A DNA stretch of 63,781 nucleotides, filler included, from Phoronis australis (lineage: Eukaryota > Animalia > Phoronida), in NCBI GenBank assembly GCA_002633005.1. It is 4 parts of 4 records of this genome, joined end to end, with 100 filler letters (N's around TTAATTAATTAA, not from the genome) between each part and the next. Parts side by side here need not be neighbours in the genome. Positions count along the whole stretch, not along the records: positions 1 to 19,590 come from NMRA01000963.1; 3 more parts are not named here. One strand, given 5' to 3'. The notes under the pieces are model-generated. The model saw nothing but the letters and a program-made list of their open reading frames with translations. It ran no database searches and was not told where the DNA came from. Made by a program: the position numbers and the translations under genes. Below are positions 1-13,772 of the stretch, in pieces (position 1 is the first letter of the stretch; each line of letters begins with the position of its first letter).

Positions 1-66
1 CCCCCCCCCCCCCAAAGTACTCACAAGGATGAACGCTATGAGATCTGGCCCACCGACTACTTTGTT

Positions 67-246
67 TTGCTACCACTAATTTCTAAGCCAACTGACTTAA
101 CCCATGTGGCTGCAAGGAAAGCAGGTGCATTGTTTTTTCGAATTCCACGAGAGTCCAAAATGCTTAGGAAGTGGCTCGCGGTAGTGAAGAATGAAAAGTA
201 CGCTCTTAATAGCAAGTATGAGGCCGTGAATCTCCGTGTCTGTGGC
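67..246 (+). pseudogene. Degenerate THAP-domain-like remnant, probably from a DNA transposon
   Basis: The translation LFFRIP..KMLRKWL...NLRVCG resembles the THAP F-P, W and RVCS-HF pattern, but the N-terminal C-x-C and the final HF are missing. Confidence 0.4.
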
Positions 247-1573
247 TGGCAGTCGTCAACAGTGAGTCTGGCGAATTCCGGCTTACCAAAGAACTATCCA
301 TACGCTCCGTTATTTTGCATGTTTATGGAGCCTCTTTAGTATTTCTTGGTCACTGTAATCCGGTTAGAACTAATAACCTGTGAAACTTAACGATACACCT
401 GCGAAGTCTTCGTCGGATGAACTCTCGTCTAGAAGTCGGGATTCTGTTGACGTTCTGCGTTCTCTTTCAAAATGAAACATTCCCGTCCTAACCAATGCCG
501 ATATAAAACTGGAACAAAACTTGTCTCATTAAATACAATTTGTAATGCCTATGAAGTACTCGTGAGTGCAAATATTTTGAGAAGCTAACAACAAATAAAT
601 CGCTGCGTTACCGGCTTTTGGATGCAATAAAGGTAATTGACCGGGCACCAAGGCCGTGTGAGCGCATGCTAATTCAGTGTTTGCTAACAGAAACCGTTGC
701 GAAACAATAACTCGATTTTCTATACCACGGCAAGATGTTAAGGAAATTTTTATTTACATATGCATTATGATTGTCATTGTACAACTTCTGCCCTGACGGT
801 TCTGTGGCCAACGAGGAACTTGAATTCGCGACCCCCGACGAGTAAGTAGATTTGCTGCTTCGTGGCTAGTTCACCAACATAATCACGAGGACACCAGTTC
901 TTTGGCTCACTAGTATAGTATTTTGGAAGTTTAGTTTCCAACTTTGGCTGTTTTATATTCGTGATGTATTCAGTTCGGCCGCGACGGGCCTGATCGTGTT
1001 CCGAGCCACTGGCCGGGATAACGGGTCAGTCTGACCGCGATGAGCCGTCATCTCTGTCTGGGCGTCCGGCACCTGGTCGTCAGGACTTGCGTCTCCTGAC
1101 GTCTGTGGCTATTTATTGGAGACAAAAAAATCAACAAGAATAGTATATATTTTAAGTTGTATAGGGAATTTCAGGGTCATAGCTCTTCAAATAAATATTT
1201 CACAGAAGGAACCAGATGGTTCCTTAACTACAAGAGATGACACACACATTTACGATACCCAATGTGTAACTGAGCATTGGATGGCACAATTTAGACTAGT
1301 ACCAAATTGGTACATAACACCAAATTGGTATTGACCGATTGCCTACCAAGTGGGTGAGCAAAAGGGCAAATTCAATAACAAGTACCAATTGCGTACAAAC
1401 TGCCATATCGGCAAGGTACCAAGTAGGTACATCAGGTTTCGGACAAGCTGAGTGAGCAGACCAGCCGGATGATAAAAAAGATATTGTAATGAACGTAGTG
1501 TTGTGTCACAGTATGTGCTGAGAGCTGTAACCAGGTTGGAGGGAGACAAGCTGCAGTGATGGACGTTCGAGTG

Positions 1574-1730
1574 CAGGCGTGCGTTCAGTAGACGCTAGGA
1601 CCTACGCTAGGACCTAGCTAAAACCTAGTCAAAGTCACGTGTTCTTATTAAAAATACACGGTAATATCTCATGTAATCTCGCGAAGTCTTGCTTTTTAGC
1701 GAGGTCCTAGCGTTACTGAGCGGGAGGCTG
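1574..1730. mobile_element. ~157-bp MITE-like repeat, copy 1
   Basis: Imperfect terminal inverted repeats (caggcgtgcgttcagtagacgctaggacct / aggtcctagcgttactgagcgggaggctg). A close second copy lies at 20989-21145. Confidence 0.75.
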
Positions 1731-3954
1731 ATCTGGTTGCTAGACAATGACGTCATTTCTTGCTTGACGGTAACCCGCTCCGGGCTTGAAGGAGGTACCA
1801 GGGGTGACTGTAATAACAACAATTCCAGCAGCAGATTTTGTTTGACACAAGGTAGGAGGGAGAATTTGTTGAACCCAGGGTAGGGAAGGTGGGAGAGCTT
1901 TAACATTGTCTAATTGGGAAAACTTACGAGTGAATGCACTGTTGCCTGAGGCTGGGCCAACAGGAAGCTGGAAAGAAAGACCAAAGAGCGCCACCATCGG
2001 AATAGGTAGGAACTAACTAGGAATTAGATACATGTATGAAGCATGAAGGACTGTAGAATGGTATTTGCCCAAATAATTGGATTTGTATCAATCAGAATGC
2101 CATAAATCTCAATGTCATTTACCTCTTTTACGATCCTAATGGGAAGTAGGATGTGTGTTCCTTAGAAAATGACGACGGATAAGGACGACTTTCGGATCGA
2201 CTTAACTACAGCTATGCACCCTGGTGGCAATTTTAGTGTTTACTGTTGCCTCTGCATCTTTGTTATTCTTGGATTGATTTTCATAAAATTTAGAAAATAG
2301 GTTACTGTCAGAATAAACATTGATTAAGCAAGAGTAGATCCATTTTAAGTGGCCAAAATTGTGTGCTAATGTACTTTAAATCATGGGGTCAAACTTGTTG
2401 ACATGTATTTTAACGTCAAAATCTATTTTAAGACAGTGTTTACAACTTTGGGTTCTGGGGTCAAAGCACTCTAGAGATTTTAGATATAGAAAATTCGTAG
2501 AACAAAATGTAACAGTCAATAATATAATTTCAACGACATAGCCCTCTCATGAAAGATTCTAGAAGGGATCTTGGTAAGGGCAAGGGTTAACGAACAGGAA
2601 CTTAACTAAGTGCTTGTCACTTGCACCGTGGTTATTAAGATATTGCTTGAAGTGTTGCGTCACCAGATACTGTGACAAGCAAGAAGAATTGTGGGTAGAT
2701 GACACTGCCAGCAACTGTTGCTAACCAGAGGCTGTGACCAGCAAGTACATTGTACATGTACACTGTCGCAATACAGTGTATGTAGTTCAAAGATTCACCA
2801 AAAGGACAGTCATCCAACAGGTGGAGAGTCCTAGCTTGGATAGCATATAAGACATTTGGTTATTTGCTTATTATATTTAAAGAGGGCGCTAGCGTAGTTA
2901 CTCTTTTTTGTAGTTGATTACTTAATTACCAAAAGATTCCACTTGTTTAATTACAGCACACATCACGAATTTTTGTCCGACCGGTCGGAAATTGGTCAAC
3001 GACCGGCCGTCGACCGGTCGTCTAGCCGACCAGCAGCCGACCAACAACGGTCGGCTAGGAGCCGTCTGCTGAGTCGCCTCTGTGGTCGGCATTTGGGTCG
3101 GCTAAGTGGTCGCCTAGCGTAGAAGACCAATTCGGATTAAGCGTATCCTTGGTCGGCAATTACCATTTTATGACTTAGCGATGAACTTTGGCCAAACAAA
3201 CATTTAACTGTTCGCTGTTCGTTCACTAGTGGCAACTCCGGTCTTGACATCGGTTTATCAACTTTAGTTCAACTATTGAAAGGAGGTAAAATCGAATCAA
3301 CCTACAAATACGAAGTGTGTGACATTACACCAGCCTAAAACTTTATGTTGAATTAATGACGGCGTAGTAAAATCAAACGTTAAGTGATATCGCGGAAGCA
3401 TAATTTCTAACTTTGGATATGAGACTTTTTATATAGTGCATTATGCATAAAAACAAGCACGAAATTTAAAATTTTACAGTAAAAGTGCATAAAAATCAGA
3501 ATACAACGCTGGATGTTATGCGACCTCAACTGTTTTCACAACGCGGAATGCTCAACAAACAGCACTTATTTGCGCTCATCCGTTATTGCTCTTGATCATC
3601 ACTTCATCACGCCGTATATTGCGCTTTACCACAGATAAGTATTGTTTATTTCTTTATAATTTCTTAATATCCTGTTACAGCAATAGAACCCAAGTTTATT
3701 TTAGGAACAACATAAACAATGGTTTGAACATAGCGCCGATATTAAGATCATGGGAACATGAAAACGGTAGAACGTGATCGGTCTATAGTGTCATCCATCA
3801 TCCATCATCATTCTGAATTTGTTGTCACTTTCGCAGTAAAAATCGTTTCGAAGCTAGAGTCTTCCTATCTAGCCAGTTAGCTCAATGAAGACTATTTTCA
3901 AAAAACAGCAAGGAGCCAGTGTATTGAGCTCAAACATACCTTGAAATTTCACAC

Positions 3955-4433
3955 ACAGTGGTAAAGCCGTTGCACTGGGGCAATCCCACTCTCTCGGCTT
4001 AGGAAACCTTGATCCAGTGGCACAGAAAACTGTTACGGCTGGAGGTTACCCCTGCTGCAGTGGATGACTATGACTTCTTTGGTACCTCGTCGTGCTCTGA
4101 GCGCTCCACAGCGATTGCCGAAACCGCCGTCTTGACCGTTGGACCACTGGGGTCTCTTCCGCTCAGTCTGCCGGAGCCAGTCTTTACATGCTAGGGTAGG
4201 CAGTCCCTGCCAAACCCTGGGTTTGAGACCCGTCGGCTACCCTCAACCTGGTTTAGCCCGCCTGTCGAAGCGGTGTCCCGGGGTGTGGCCGCTGCTCATG
4301 CTACAGCTACTTGGAGACACACGTGAGAGCTGAGGACAGGTGGGGACCAAAGGTGGACGAGCTACCCCCGAAGGAGTACGACAAGCCCCTCCACCAGAGG
4401 TACTACCCCCTCCCTGGATCCTCCATACACCCC
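3955..4433 (-). mobile_element. RTE-clade LINE 5'UTR-like element with no ORF2 (3'-truncated or non-autonomous)
   Basis: GC-rich island in AT-rich DNA. The minus strand (ggggtgtatgg...gtggaggggcttg...ggtccccacc...cggccacaccccggg...ggctaaaccagg...tgccccagtgcaacggc) resembles RTE 5'UTRs as I recall them; not verified by search. Confidence 0.65.
4240..4433 (-). ncRNA. Candidate HDV-like self-cleaving ribozyme, possibly degenerate
   Basis: Hand fold: P1 GGGGUGU (4433-4427) pairs with ACACCCC (4286-4280); then GG for P1.1; P4 CCGCU/GGCGG; J4/2 GCUAAA with C at 4256; P2 CUCUCA/UGAGGG. P3 has a mismatch. Confidence 0.55.
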
Positions 4434-7400
4434 AATCTCAAAGTATAGCTACCTTTTAAACAAACCCACAGTCAATCTCTGACAGTTACCGTTATGAAAG
4501 CGACTACACATTTACAAATTCGGACGTCGTTGACGATTCTGCACCATCTACTGACCGATTTATATATCTCCGAGTTCGTTTCGTCTTTCGGCGATTGCCT
4601 TTCTGTCTTTGAAACCATTTGAAGGTTCATTATGGAAATTGACATGTCTGTTTCTAATGAGGACACCGCATTTGACGTCGATTTTTGGGCTATTAATGTG
4701 TCCCCTAGTGGCATTTTTACGTTTTTTGTGAATTTTCGAAGTTCAATGATGCACTTTCGGGAAATTGGAAAATGGGGTTCTATTTAGGAGACGACAAAGC
4801 CATTCCATTTTTCAAAAGATTTTACTTATTGTGCGGCATTTCAATGGTTCATTTTTGCAGTCCGCTCTCTATCAGCCAAACCAACTGGGTGATTGTTGAG
4901 AAAATTGTCAGATGTGTTTCTGATGAGAAGGTCCCGGCTGACATTGATATTCAGACGGGATGCATTTCTTTGACGTCCACTAGTTGTCTACGGCTGTGTC
5001 TGCCTAACTTTTTTAAAGACCTTTATTGTGAAATTTGGCAGCAGTTTACTACAGACCTGACATTATTTTGAGATGCGTTACTGACCCAGTCCGGCTACCA
5101 CTGTACTCTCTAGTTGCAGTTTTTTTGCTTACCTTTGCCTCTGTATTTTCAGAGTTTGTCGATTGATTTTCGGAAAAAATTGTAAAATATGTAGATGATA
5201 ATGAGGCTTTTAGGAAAATTTTCCTCGCGGTGTCGCAGCTGTAATGGTAGTGGTTGAATTGCGCATGTGTCGTTGACTGCATGTAAACAGCTGGTAAAAA
5301 GACGGAATTGTTATCAAAATATGTCGTCGCGCTAGGCCTTATTACATTGTATATTGATGCTATTTTCCCTGATGTAAGGTTACTACATTAGAGGAGAATT
5401 GCGGTCAAAAATGTCAAACAACTGACAAAATTGTGTGGATGCCGAAGCCCGTGTGTGCTCTATGCATTTCCATTGGGAGACTACATGACGTTTCTTGGTA
5501 AGTTTTTAGCAATCAGTTTCTATCGACATCGTTCGGTGATGTTATCCCCGCCAGTTAACCCCACTGAATAACGGATTTATCGAGTAGAACTAAAAGTTTC
5601 TTTTCGGAAACTCACCCGCAACTCGGATTCCGGGTGGGCTAGCAGCACATATTCACATATTGTCCTGGGTGAGAGTGCGCTCAATATAAGAGGTGTACAT
5701 GTATGGTACGTGACGCTCAGAAGTGAAGGGTGAATATTTCACAGCAATTTCTCTTCAAAACTATGGTAAGTCCACTAAAATTCTCTCGATGAGTGAGTTT
5801 CCTTATTTTATAGCGGACCCCACTCCCAGGAATACCAGATTAGTTACCGAATTAACATGAATAAGCTGTTCAGTAAATGTCGTAAGATTGCAGTTTAATA
5901 AAAATTGACATTTTTGAGATCAGGAACACAGTTTAGGTGTCATGAAAAATATACATTGTTAAATCACCTTTAACCCCTTCCACATATCTTAATTCAGATT
6001 TTAAATAAGACTTGGGTACAAAGATTATTAGTTTCTACATATAAACATGAAGATGAAACGTTAAGTACATGTATGTCTTGCCTTACAAAAGTAGCTTTGT
6101 CTTATGTTTTCTTTTTTAATTAGCTAATATTTCGCTACCTATTCTGCTACAGAGAGTTCAGAAAATGTAATATATTTTTATGGGCTTACAACTGATTGCA
6201 AAAAAGTTTTATGAAATAAACTTGTAAGAACTTCCTGAAGGTTAGGAATTACCTCACCATGCTCTTTCCCCCAGACACTATTTACCTGTCATTTCCACAC
6301 ATCCACGTGCACCAAATTTTACAACCCCAACCCCCCAATAGCAATCTCCTGCAAAGGACCTGGGTAAGTAAATTAACAAAACGACTTACATACCTTCCTT
6401 TAAAAATAGCTGTTACTTTTCAAAGGCTTTGCTCGTTGTCTCCGTTATCGAAAGTAAGCTTTGACAACAGATCTGCACTGGATGGAAAGATCTCGCTGGT
6501 TTTCTGCCGTCAAATGCTTAAAACCAATTTTTGTCCGTTCAGGGACGAGGCAGAAGCGATGCATATCTCCACTGCACGGCACATGCCCTCAAACCTAAAA
6601 ACCAAAGGTCAGGTGAAAACGGACATGATAGATTTCCATTTCAACGTGTAATAGTTTTCCGGAAGACTTAGCATAGGGAGTAAACAAATAGTCTAATGGA
6701 TATTCGTCACGTACCCTTTGCCACTAGGCTAGGATTGTAATCTTAACTCACTAACCAATATCGAGAACTCAGCACTGATTAATGTAACTGTCAGTGATAA
6801 ACCTGTTAGAAATCATTCCAAACAATAATACTGGTTTTGTGCGAAAAGATTCCGATTGCTACGCCAAGTATCGCAACACACATCACAACAGAGATTAACC
6901 CGTCTGGCGACTGCCGCGAAGTCAACATCGGCGAGTAACTCAGTTAACAGGCATCAGTAGAATAAACATGGAATAATCGTTAAAATAATCACAAACCTTA
7001 CCTTTGTACAAGGTCGTGCTTACTTCATCTCATAGAAGCACCCTTTTTACGCAATCTCAGATTCAGTTGGCACGGCTGTAAGCCATTTCGCCATGTATTT
7101 AAAGGGCTCGCTAAACCGAGGCTGCTTAATCTATCACCACTAACACACGCGCGCCCTCTAGTTTATGTAAATTTTCCGAATAGCCCTATTGTCTTCCATT
7201 TTCGTATGGAGTTGATGTACATGTGTATTTTGCATCACCTAGTGGCTATCTTTGTGTTTTCAATCGCGTTTTTTCTTCCTGGTTAGAAGGTTGGTACTGA
7301 CTGAAATAATTTAAAACAGACATAAATGCACACTGAACATCGAATGACCCATGACGGACAAATTGCACACTGGAAACGGACCCCCTAAACATGAGCAACA

Positions 7401-9604
7401 AATGTTGCTCATACAGTCGAGGTACCACCACAACAACTACAAGTGATTCACTACATGTCCCTGATCACTAGATGTTCCATGAAAGACAAAAGACATTCTG
7501 TGTTGTGCACACCCCCAAAATGTAAATCACTCGATGCCATTTAAATTTTGAGCTACATGTATATAAGATATTCGAGGTACCAGATAAAACTGATTGATAA
7601 CCTACAGCGATTACGCCTTGACGGACAAATTGCACTCTGGAAAGCGTCCGCCAGAAACCCAGAAAGGTCCCCTAAATATGAGCATTCTCATACATTCGAG
7701 GTAGCACAAAAATCCAATTTCGTGTGATCCAATACGTCACTGGTCACTAAATGCCCTATGACAGACAAAATACAGTGTACACTCTGGGTTTTTTTTCAGC
7801 CATAAATCCACCCACAAATATCTCAACCACGGTATGCAACTGAAAGTTTGAGCTAAATATTAGATACATGTATTTGATGTACACGCTAAAAGTGACTTAA
7901 AACCCGCAATCGTGCCCAAATGAACTCCGGATGACCCGTGACCGACAAACTATCCTCTGGAAAAGGCTTGAGAAACGAAACCGAAAAAGGAGATAGTTTA
8001 TCTATTCGAGATACCACAATACAGAATTCAATATGATTCAAACACATGTTACTGGTTACTAAATGGCCTGTCACTGACAAACCCACTCTTGGTTATACGA
8101 TCCAGTCCCATAAATCTTAAACACGTATATGTAATTCTGTTGAAAATGAGCGATATACATGTATTATATAACGGAGGTTCCGGTTAAATCATGGTAGAGT
8201 TTCGTAGCATCGAAAATTTTGATAAGGGAAGTGTTGTTATCATGTGCTTCATTTGAAGTTCAGGCGAATTATTTTTTAAAAATTCGTTTCAGCAACACTT
8301 TCTTGTCTAGTGAACTATATCCTTGCTTAAAATTGACAACTGCGTCACACTGGGTGCCAAATGGATGATGACAGAAAGTAAGCATTTTGGAAAATACCTG
8401 GTATCACTAAGACTTTTGGATACCTCGAAATGACTGTCAAAACAACCAATTAAGTGATGATTAAGACTGCAGCTAGTGTTGAATAAGGAGCTATTGAAAC
8501 AGCCAGCAAGAAAGACACTTCCGCGATAAAACTGTGGTTATAAGTTTGCGTTTCATTGAGGAATCACGAAAATGGTTTTCAAAGAGTCCTATCATAATAC
8601 TGACTACTAAATTATGCTTTTAAAGAAAAGCAACAGACGTGTTTTTAAAAATCTTTAATAGCTAAATAAACGAGAAATACTGTTCACTTTCGAAAAACAA
8701 CCCATAAAATTATAACAACACAAAAGACGCATTTATTCACTGCATCTACAAGAAAATCATGCTTACATACATGTATGTTTATGGTTAATAGTAATTTCTT
8801 GTTATGTTATCAGATTCGTCACTTGACACGGACTAGCTTGTTTTGTCAGAGTCCATTTCCTTTACTTCTTGATTGGCTTGGTTTTTTGATAAAGACCAGT
8901 ACCTTCAGAACGACATCAGGAACGGCAGATCCACAAAACTATTCGAGAATATAGTATCCCTCATGTAGCTTCCAAGCGTAGTTGAGAGGATCCAAACGGT
9001 TTCTCGAAAGCGTGGCAACATAATGTGCTCGTTGAGCGTGCTGGGCGTGTTGGAAGCAATGCGCAAACTTCTTGACGTTGGACAACGGGTTTTCCTAAAA
9101 TTAATAGTAAGAGGAACCAACCGTCTAACAATTGAAGAAAACACAGAACCTGAACACCACTTTCTCCTTTAAGCATCAACTGATACCTGGCCTTCCTTCC
9201 CAGGGACAGTTTGTCTCTCATGGGTCATAAAGAGTTTAATGCGGCACGTTTGTTGGTTTTTAGTCAATGTTAAAAGGCATATGTACCTCGAATATCTAAT
9301 GCAGCTCAAATTTTCATTAGCATACCATGGTTGAGATGTTTGGTAATTTCTGGCAGGCACAACCCAGATTGCATTTTGTGTGTTACGAGGATCGTTCTTG
9401 GTTTTCTGGCGGACCCTTTCCAGAACGCAATTTGTCTGTCACGAATCATTTGGTGTGTACATGTATAAATCAATTTAAGCTGGTACGTCCAACATCTAAT
9501 ATAGCTCAAATTTTCAATGGTATGCGGTGGTTGACATTTTAGGGGGTTTTCGGCGGGCAAAACCCTTAGTGTATTTTTTCTATCATGAGGCGTTTAAGTG
9601 TAAT

Positions 9605-10400
9605 TGTTCTAAAACCTCGGCCTCCAATCCTCTCGACCCACAACCCCCTCGAACCACGACCAAAGAGATATTTGTGCACTATTTACATGTTTCATAATCT
9701 TATTACGTGACGTTCCCATAAGACATACCTACACGCAAGTCTGCTCTGGCTCAAGTCCGATGATTAAAATCAGAAACTGGCGTGAGAACGTCATCTGAAA
9801 TAGCGCATTCACGAGCGGGATACAGTTGAAACGGAAATAGTTTCACGACCTGCTACCAATCACCCAGTTCTACAAAAGTTAGGGAGAGGGTACGTTAACG
9901 TGAATTCAGATAATTTTATATGTTTATTATTTCCTTTCAGTTGTAAACTCGTTTACAATATACTCCATATAACGTTGAGATACTTAGTTAACCGTTTGCT
10001 TTTGCAAACTGTATTTGCTGATAAAATTTTATTTTTGTTGGTTCCCGGCACTCTCCGCAAAAAGGTTGAAACTGCCATTCACTGAAGAGCAGTCTGCCAA
10101 AAACCACATTTGTAACCTTGGTAGGTCTTTCATTTGAATTGGTTGCGTTGTTTTTTTTCTGTTTTTGGGCTTCAAAAATTGCCGAATCGACTCTCTTAAT
10201 TGTAAAAATACAGTGAAAAGCCAGCCGAGCTCTCGACCCAACTCATTGGTCCTCAAAGTCAGCGCTTGTTCTAGACTACGTAGATCGAGTCGAGCTTGTG
10301 TAGTATGGGTCGACGGGTTTGTGGGTCGTGGGTCGAGGGAGTCGTTGGTTAAAGGGGTCGTGGGTCGATGGGTGTGGGGGTCGAAGGGGTTTCAGAACAA
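9605..10400. mobile_element. MITE-like element with GACCC/GGGTC-rich subterminal repeats
   Basis: Ends ttgttctaaaacc... and ...ggtttcagaacaa are inverted; cgaccc motifs on the left mirror gggtcg motifs on the right. Confidence 0.6.
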
Positions 10401-13400
10401 CAAACAGACATCAGGGAAAATTATAGATTCACGTGAAATTGCTTATTGTGGTAACTCAAATGTGGGCAAATGAGCTAGCGCAATCGGGGGGTCCCTTTTG
10501 GTTTGTGAAGGGCCCATTCCAGAGTGCAATTTGTCTGTCATGGGTCGTTCGGTCTGTTATAAGGCAGGTTTTTGCGGTACTTAGACTAATCTAGCTAATT
10601 CTGCCCCCTTTGTAAAGTTCTCTGGGGTAGCATCTAGAGTGCAGACAACGGCAGACGTCCAATACTGTATATACTAAGTGCTTCTATGATCAGGTGTTGG
10701 TTCTTCGTTCACCTATGCTTGGTGTTTTGGTCCATTTATTCTCGGGGTTTCATTTTTTCTTCCTTTTCTTCTTCTTATAATTCTGTCCGACCTTTGGTAG
10801 AGCTTAGTAACTCTCAAAAGACTTAACTTTGAATTTGAAACTTTCCAAGTAGGCTTGAGCTATCAAAAGTTTCAAAAACTATGCTATTTTTGAACCAGAA
10901 ATGTCCGGAAGTAGTAAATAGGGGCGAAGCTCATCTCACTTTCAAAATGTTTTTTTCTACTACATTTCAAGGAACTCTTTTCATTTTCATTGTACAGGTG
11001 TAATTCACAAGACAATCAAATGCATAACTCTTCTATGGAATCGGGCCATCCAATCTGATAAAATAGGTTGAAGGTCACTGAATGCAAACCTAAATTTTAA
11101 GCTACATATTTCAATTCACACATATCTGATTGAAGTATGTAGTTCTAATTCTAAAGCTTATGTCATTTGGTACAAACGTGGGGTCACTAAGAGCGTGTTT
11201 TCTTCTGGAATCTTGTCTCTGATGTGTCAACAGTTAGACAAATGTGACTTTCATTATTTAACACGATTTTCGTAGAATTTGCAATCATTTTACTAAATGG
11301 GCTTACAATGCAACGACGGCTTGTGATGCACCGAAAAGGTCAATTGGTGCACAGATTATATAATTCTTAAGTGTTATTTCACCTGCTTCCTTCATTTTTC
11401 AAGGAATTTCCTTCAATTTTAGCATACAGCTTTAAGCCTAACTGCCAATCAAATACATTACTTTTTTAAGCAATGAGGACGCCCAATCAGATAAAACAGG
11501 CAAATTTTAATTTTGACACTGCAGATTTTCATATGTGATTGATAGATTACTTGAAATTGAGATCCAATCCCAAAGTTTCATGTCATTTGGTGACAAAATG
11601 GGGGTCATTAAGTGCATTTTCCTACTGCAAATTGACTTTTCCATTCAATGCGTATTCTAAAGTGTCAATAATTAGACACTCAGCAATAACGACAACTTCA
11701 TGGACTTCTCATTTATTTCCTTACTGGGGCTCATAAATCTTCGGAAACGGCCAAATACTACAAACATGAACTATTTTTATACAATTACTATTCTACTGTG
11801 CCAATAATTAAACTTCTGTGATTCAGCATAATCCGTACTTTTATTTTCTTAGCTCTGCAATGGTGCACAAGCCTCCGGAAAGGTTGTAGACTTTCCAATA
11901 AATCTCATTCGCACAGAATCATTATTGTCACCTTGTGACAATAATATTTCTACATGTAGTTTAATGTGGAATTGTAACTCTGACCAAGAGTTTCGCACAC
12001 CGGCAACCGTCTACTCCCTCCCATGGTCGTCGTAAATTTCCCAAGTCCTCCCCCATCGGCAGCATTGTGGACCTCTGCTCACTGCCGATTTCACTCTTCT
12101 ATGTTCATTGCCTTTCCTTTATATGTCAATCAGATGTACCTCCCTAACCAAAATAATTCTCGTTTTGCCCGAACATTGCTTTATTTTTCCCGAATGAGAG
12201 GAGGGGCCAGTGTTCTTCCTCATCCCCCGTCCCCGCAATGTACATGTACATCTACCTTTATGTATTACCGCGATAAACGTGGAAACGTTTTCTCTATGAA
12301 ATGTTTATGTCCTTCTCTAAACAGCTTTATACATGAACACTGAGCCTCACTGCCATTACAATTGCAAATTAAAACTGTCACCGCTCACCATGACTGACAT
12401 GGACCAACTAATCCGAGATCTGAGGGACAAAACCTTCATATACGTGTAACTTCGAAAATATCTTCATAGTTTCTGTGTTAAAACAGTCCTAAAATACTTA
12501 CGTAATGACGCCATTGATTTATTATCGTCATCAACAGTCTTTTTTACCATGTACAGTACTCGCTATCTTAAGTAAGAAAAAAATGATTTTATATTCCGGT
12601 GTTCAAAACCCGCACAGTAAAAATCACAGTTTCTTTCAACTCTACATATACAAGAACATGTATTGAACCAAGCTCTCTGCCACTTCACGCTAATGCGCAC
12701 GCCCGCCACGTTGCCTAAGCTAATTAATGTTTAGTGACAGGAATTATTACATTTTTGAACTTCGACTGTCTATGAAATGAACGACATCAATAAGGAGCAT
12801 CGGTGCTTGTATGTGTATTCCTTCAATACATGCTCCAGAGAATTTAGATTGTAGAACATACATGTACATATAACTGTGGTTTTGAACAACAGGATTTTCA
12901 TGCGTTCGAACACTTGAAACTTGGAGCCTTGAACTTTGAATCTCGACCTCGACTCCGGGTTCCAGAGATATCCTCAGTTCCAACACGCACGTTAACTTAA
13001 GACATGGGTTTCGTGTTTTTTGTGAATAGAGTCCACCATGTCATGGTAAGCGGAGCTTTGTGACACATTCATGACAGTCAGTTTCGTGATTCCAATGTTA
13101 GGTAGTAAAACATAATTAGATTATTGTTTAACACCCCACACTGAAGTCATCTTTATCGAACAGTAAACCATTTAGTCTGGGACTCTTGTACTGTATTTCG
13201 AAAATTTGTTGTCGTTAAAATTGTGTTCTTCCCATACTAAGGATAAATCTCATAAAACATACACCAAAATATCATAAGGTTTTCGTACTGAGCACACATT
13301 CTTTCATTTTCTGCGTTTTTCAATTTCGTGCAACCTGGAGACTAAAGCAAACAGTGCCTTGCTTTTAGCAGTAAAGTTGACTGTAAAGAATCTATGACTG

Positions 13401-13772
13401 TTTAAATTCAGCAATTGATTACCCAAGTAGTGGAACATTTGGAAACGACCTTCGTGGAAGAGAAAACGGTTGGATTACATCTTTGTTTACTCACGCTTCT
13501 TAAACCCGCTGTTGCATTAGTTTTCTTGTTCATGTCTCACAATTCTCTTCCTGATCAGTGAATCGTGGTGGTGACACGGGACTAGCGTTACCCTTCGAGG
13601 ACTGATCCATATTTGGTGTCAGTAAGGACTTCGGGAACTTATATATTTTTTAATTATCGTTGGCGTGCTGCGACAAAAGATATTTGATGAGACAGTTGGA
13701 TCACTTAAATTCGTAATGGTGAGACGTTTTACTTAATGAAGAAACCATTGCAATCTTTAATGGTTATTCCAG

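Noticed and set aside
8905-9221. Overlapping ORFs as upstream plexin exons
   Set aside because: No Sema-like motif in any frame, and stops in the + frames.
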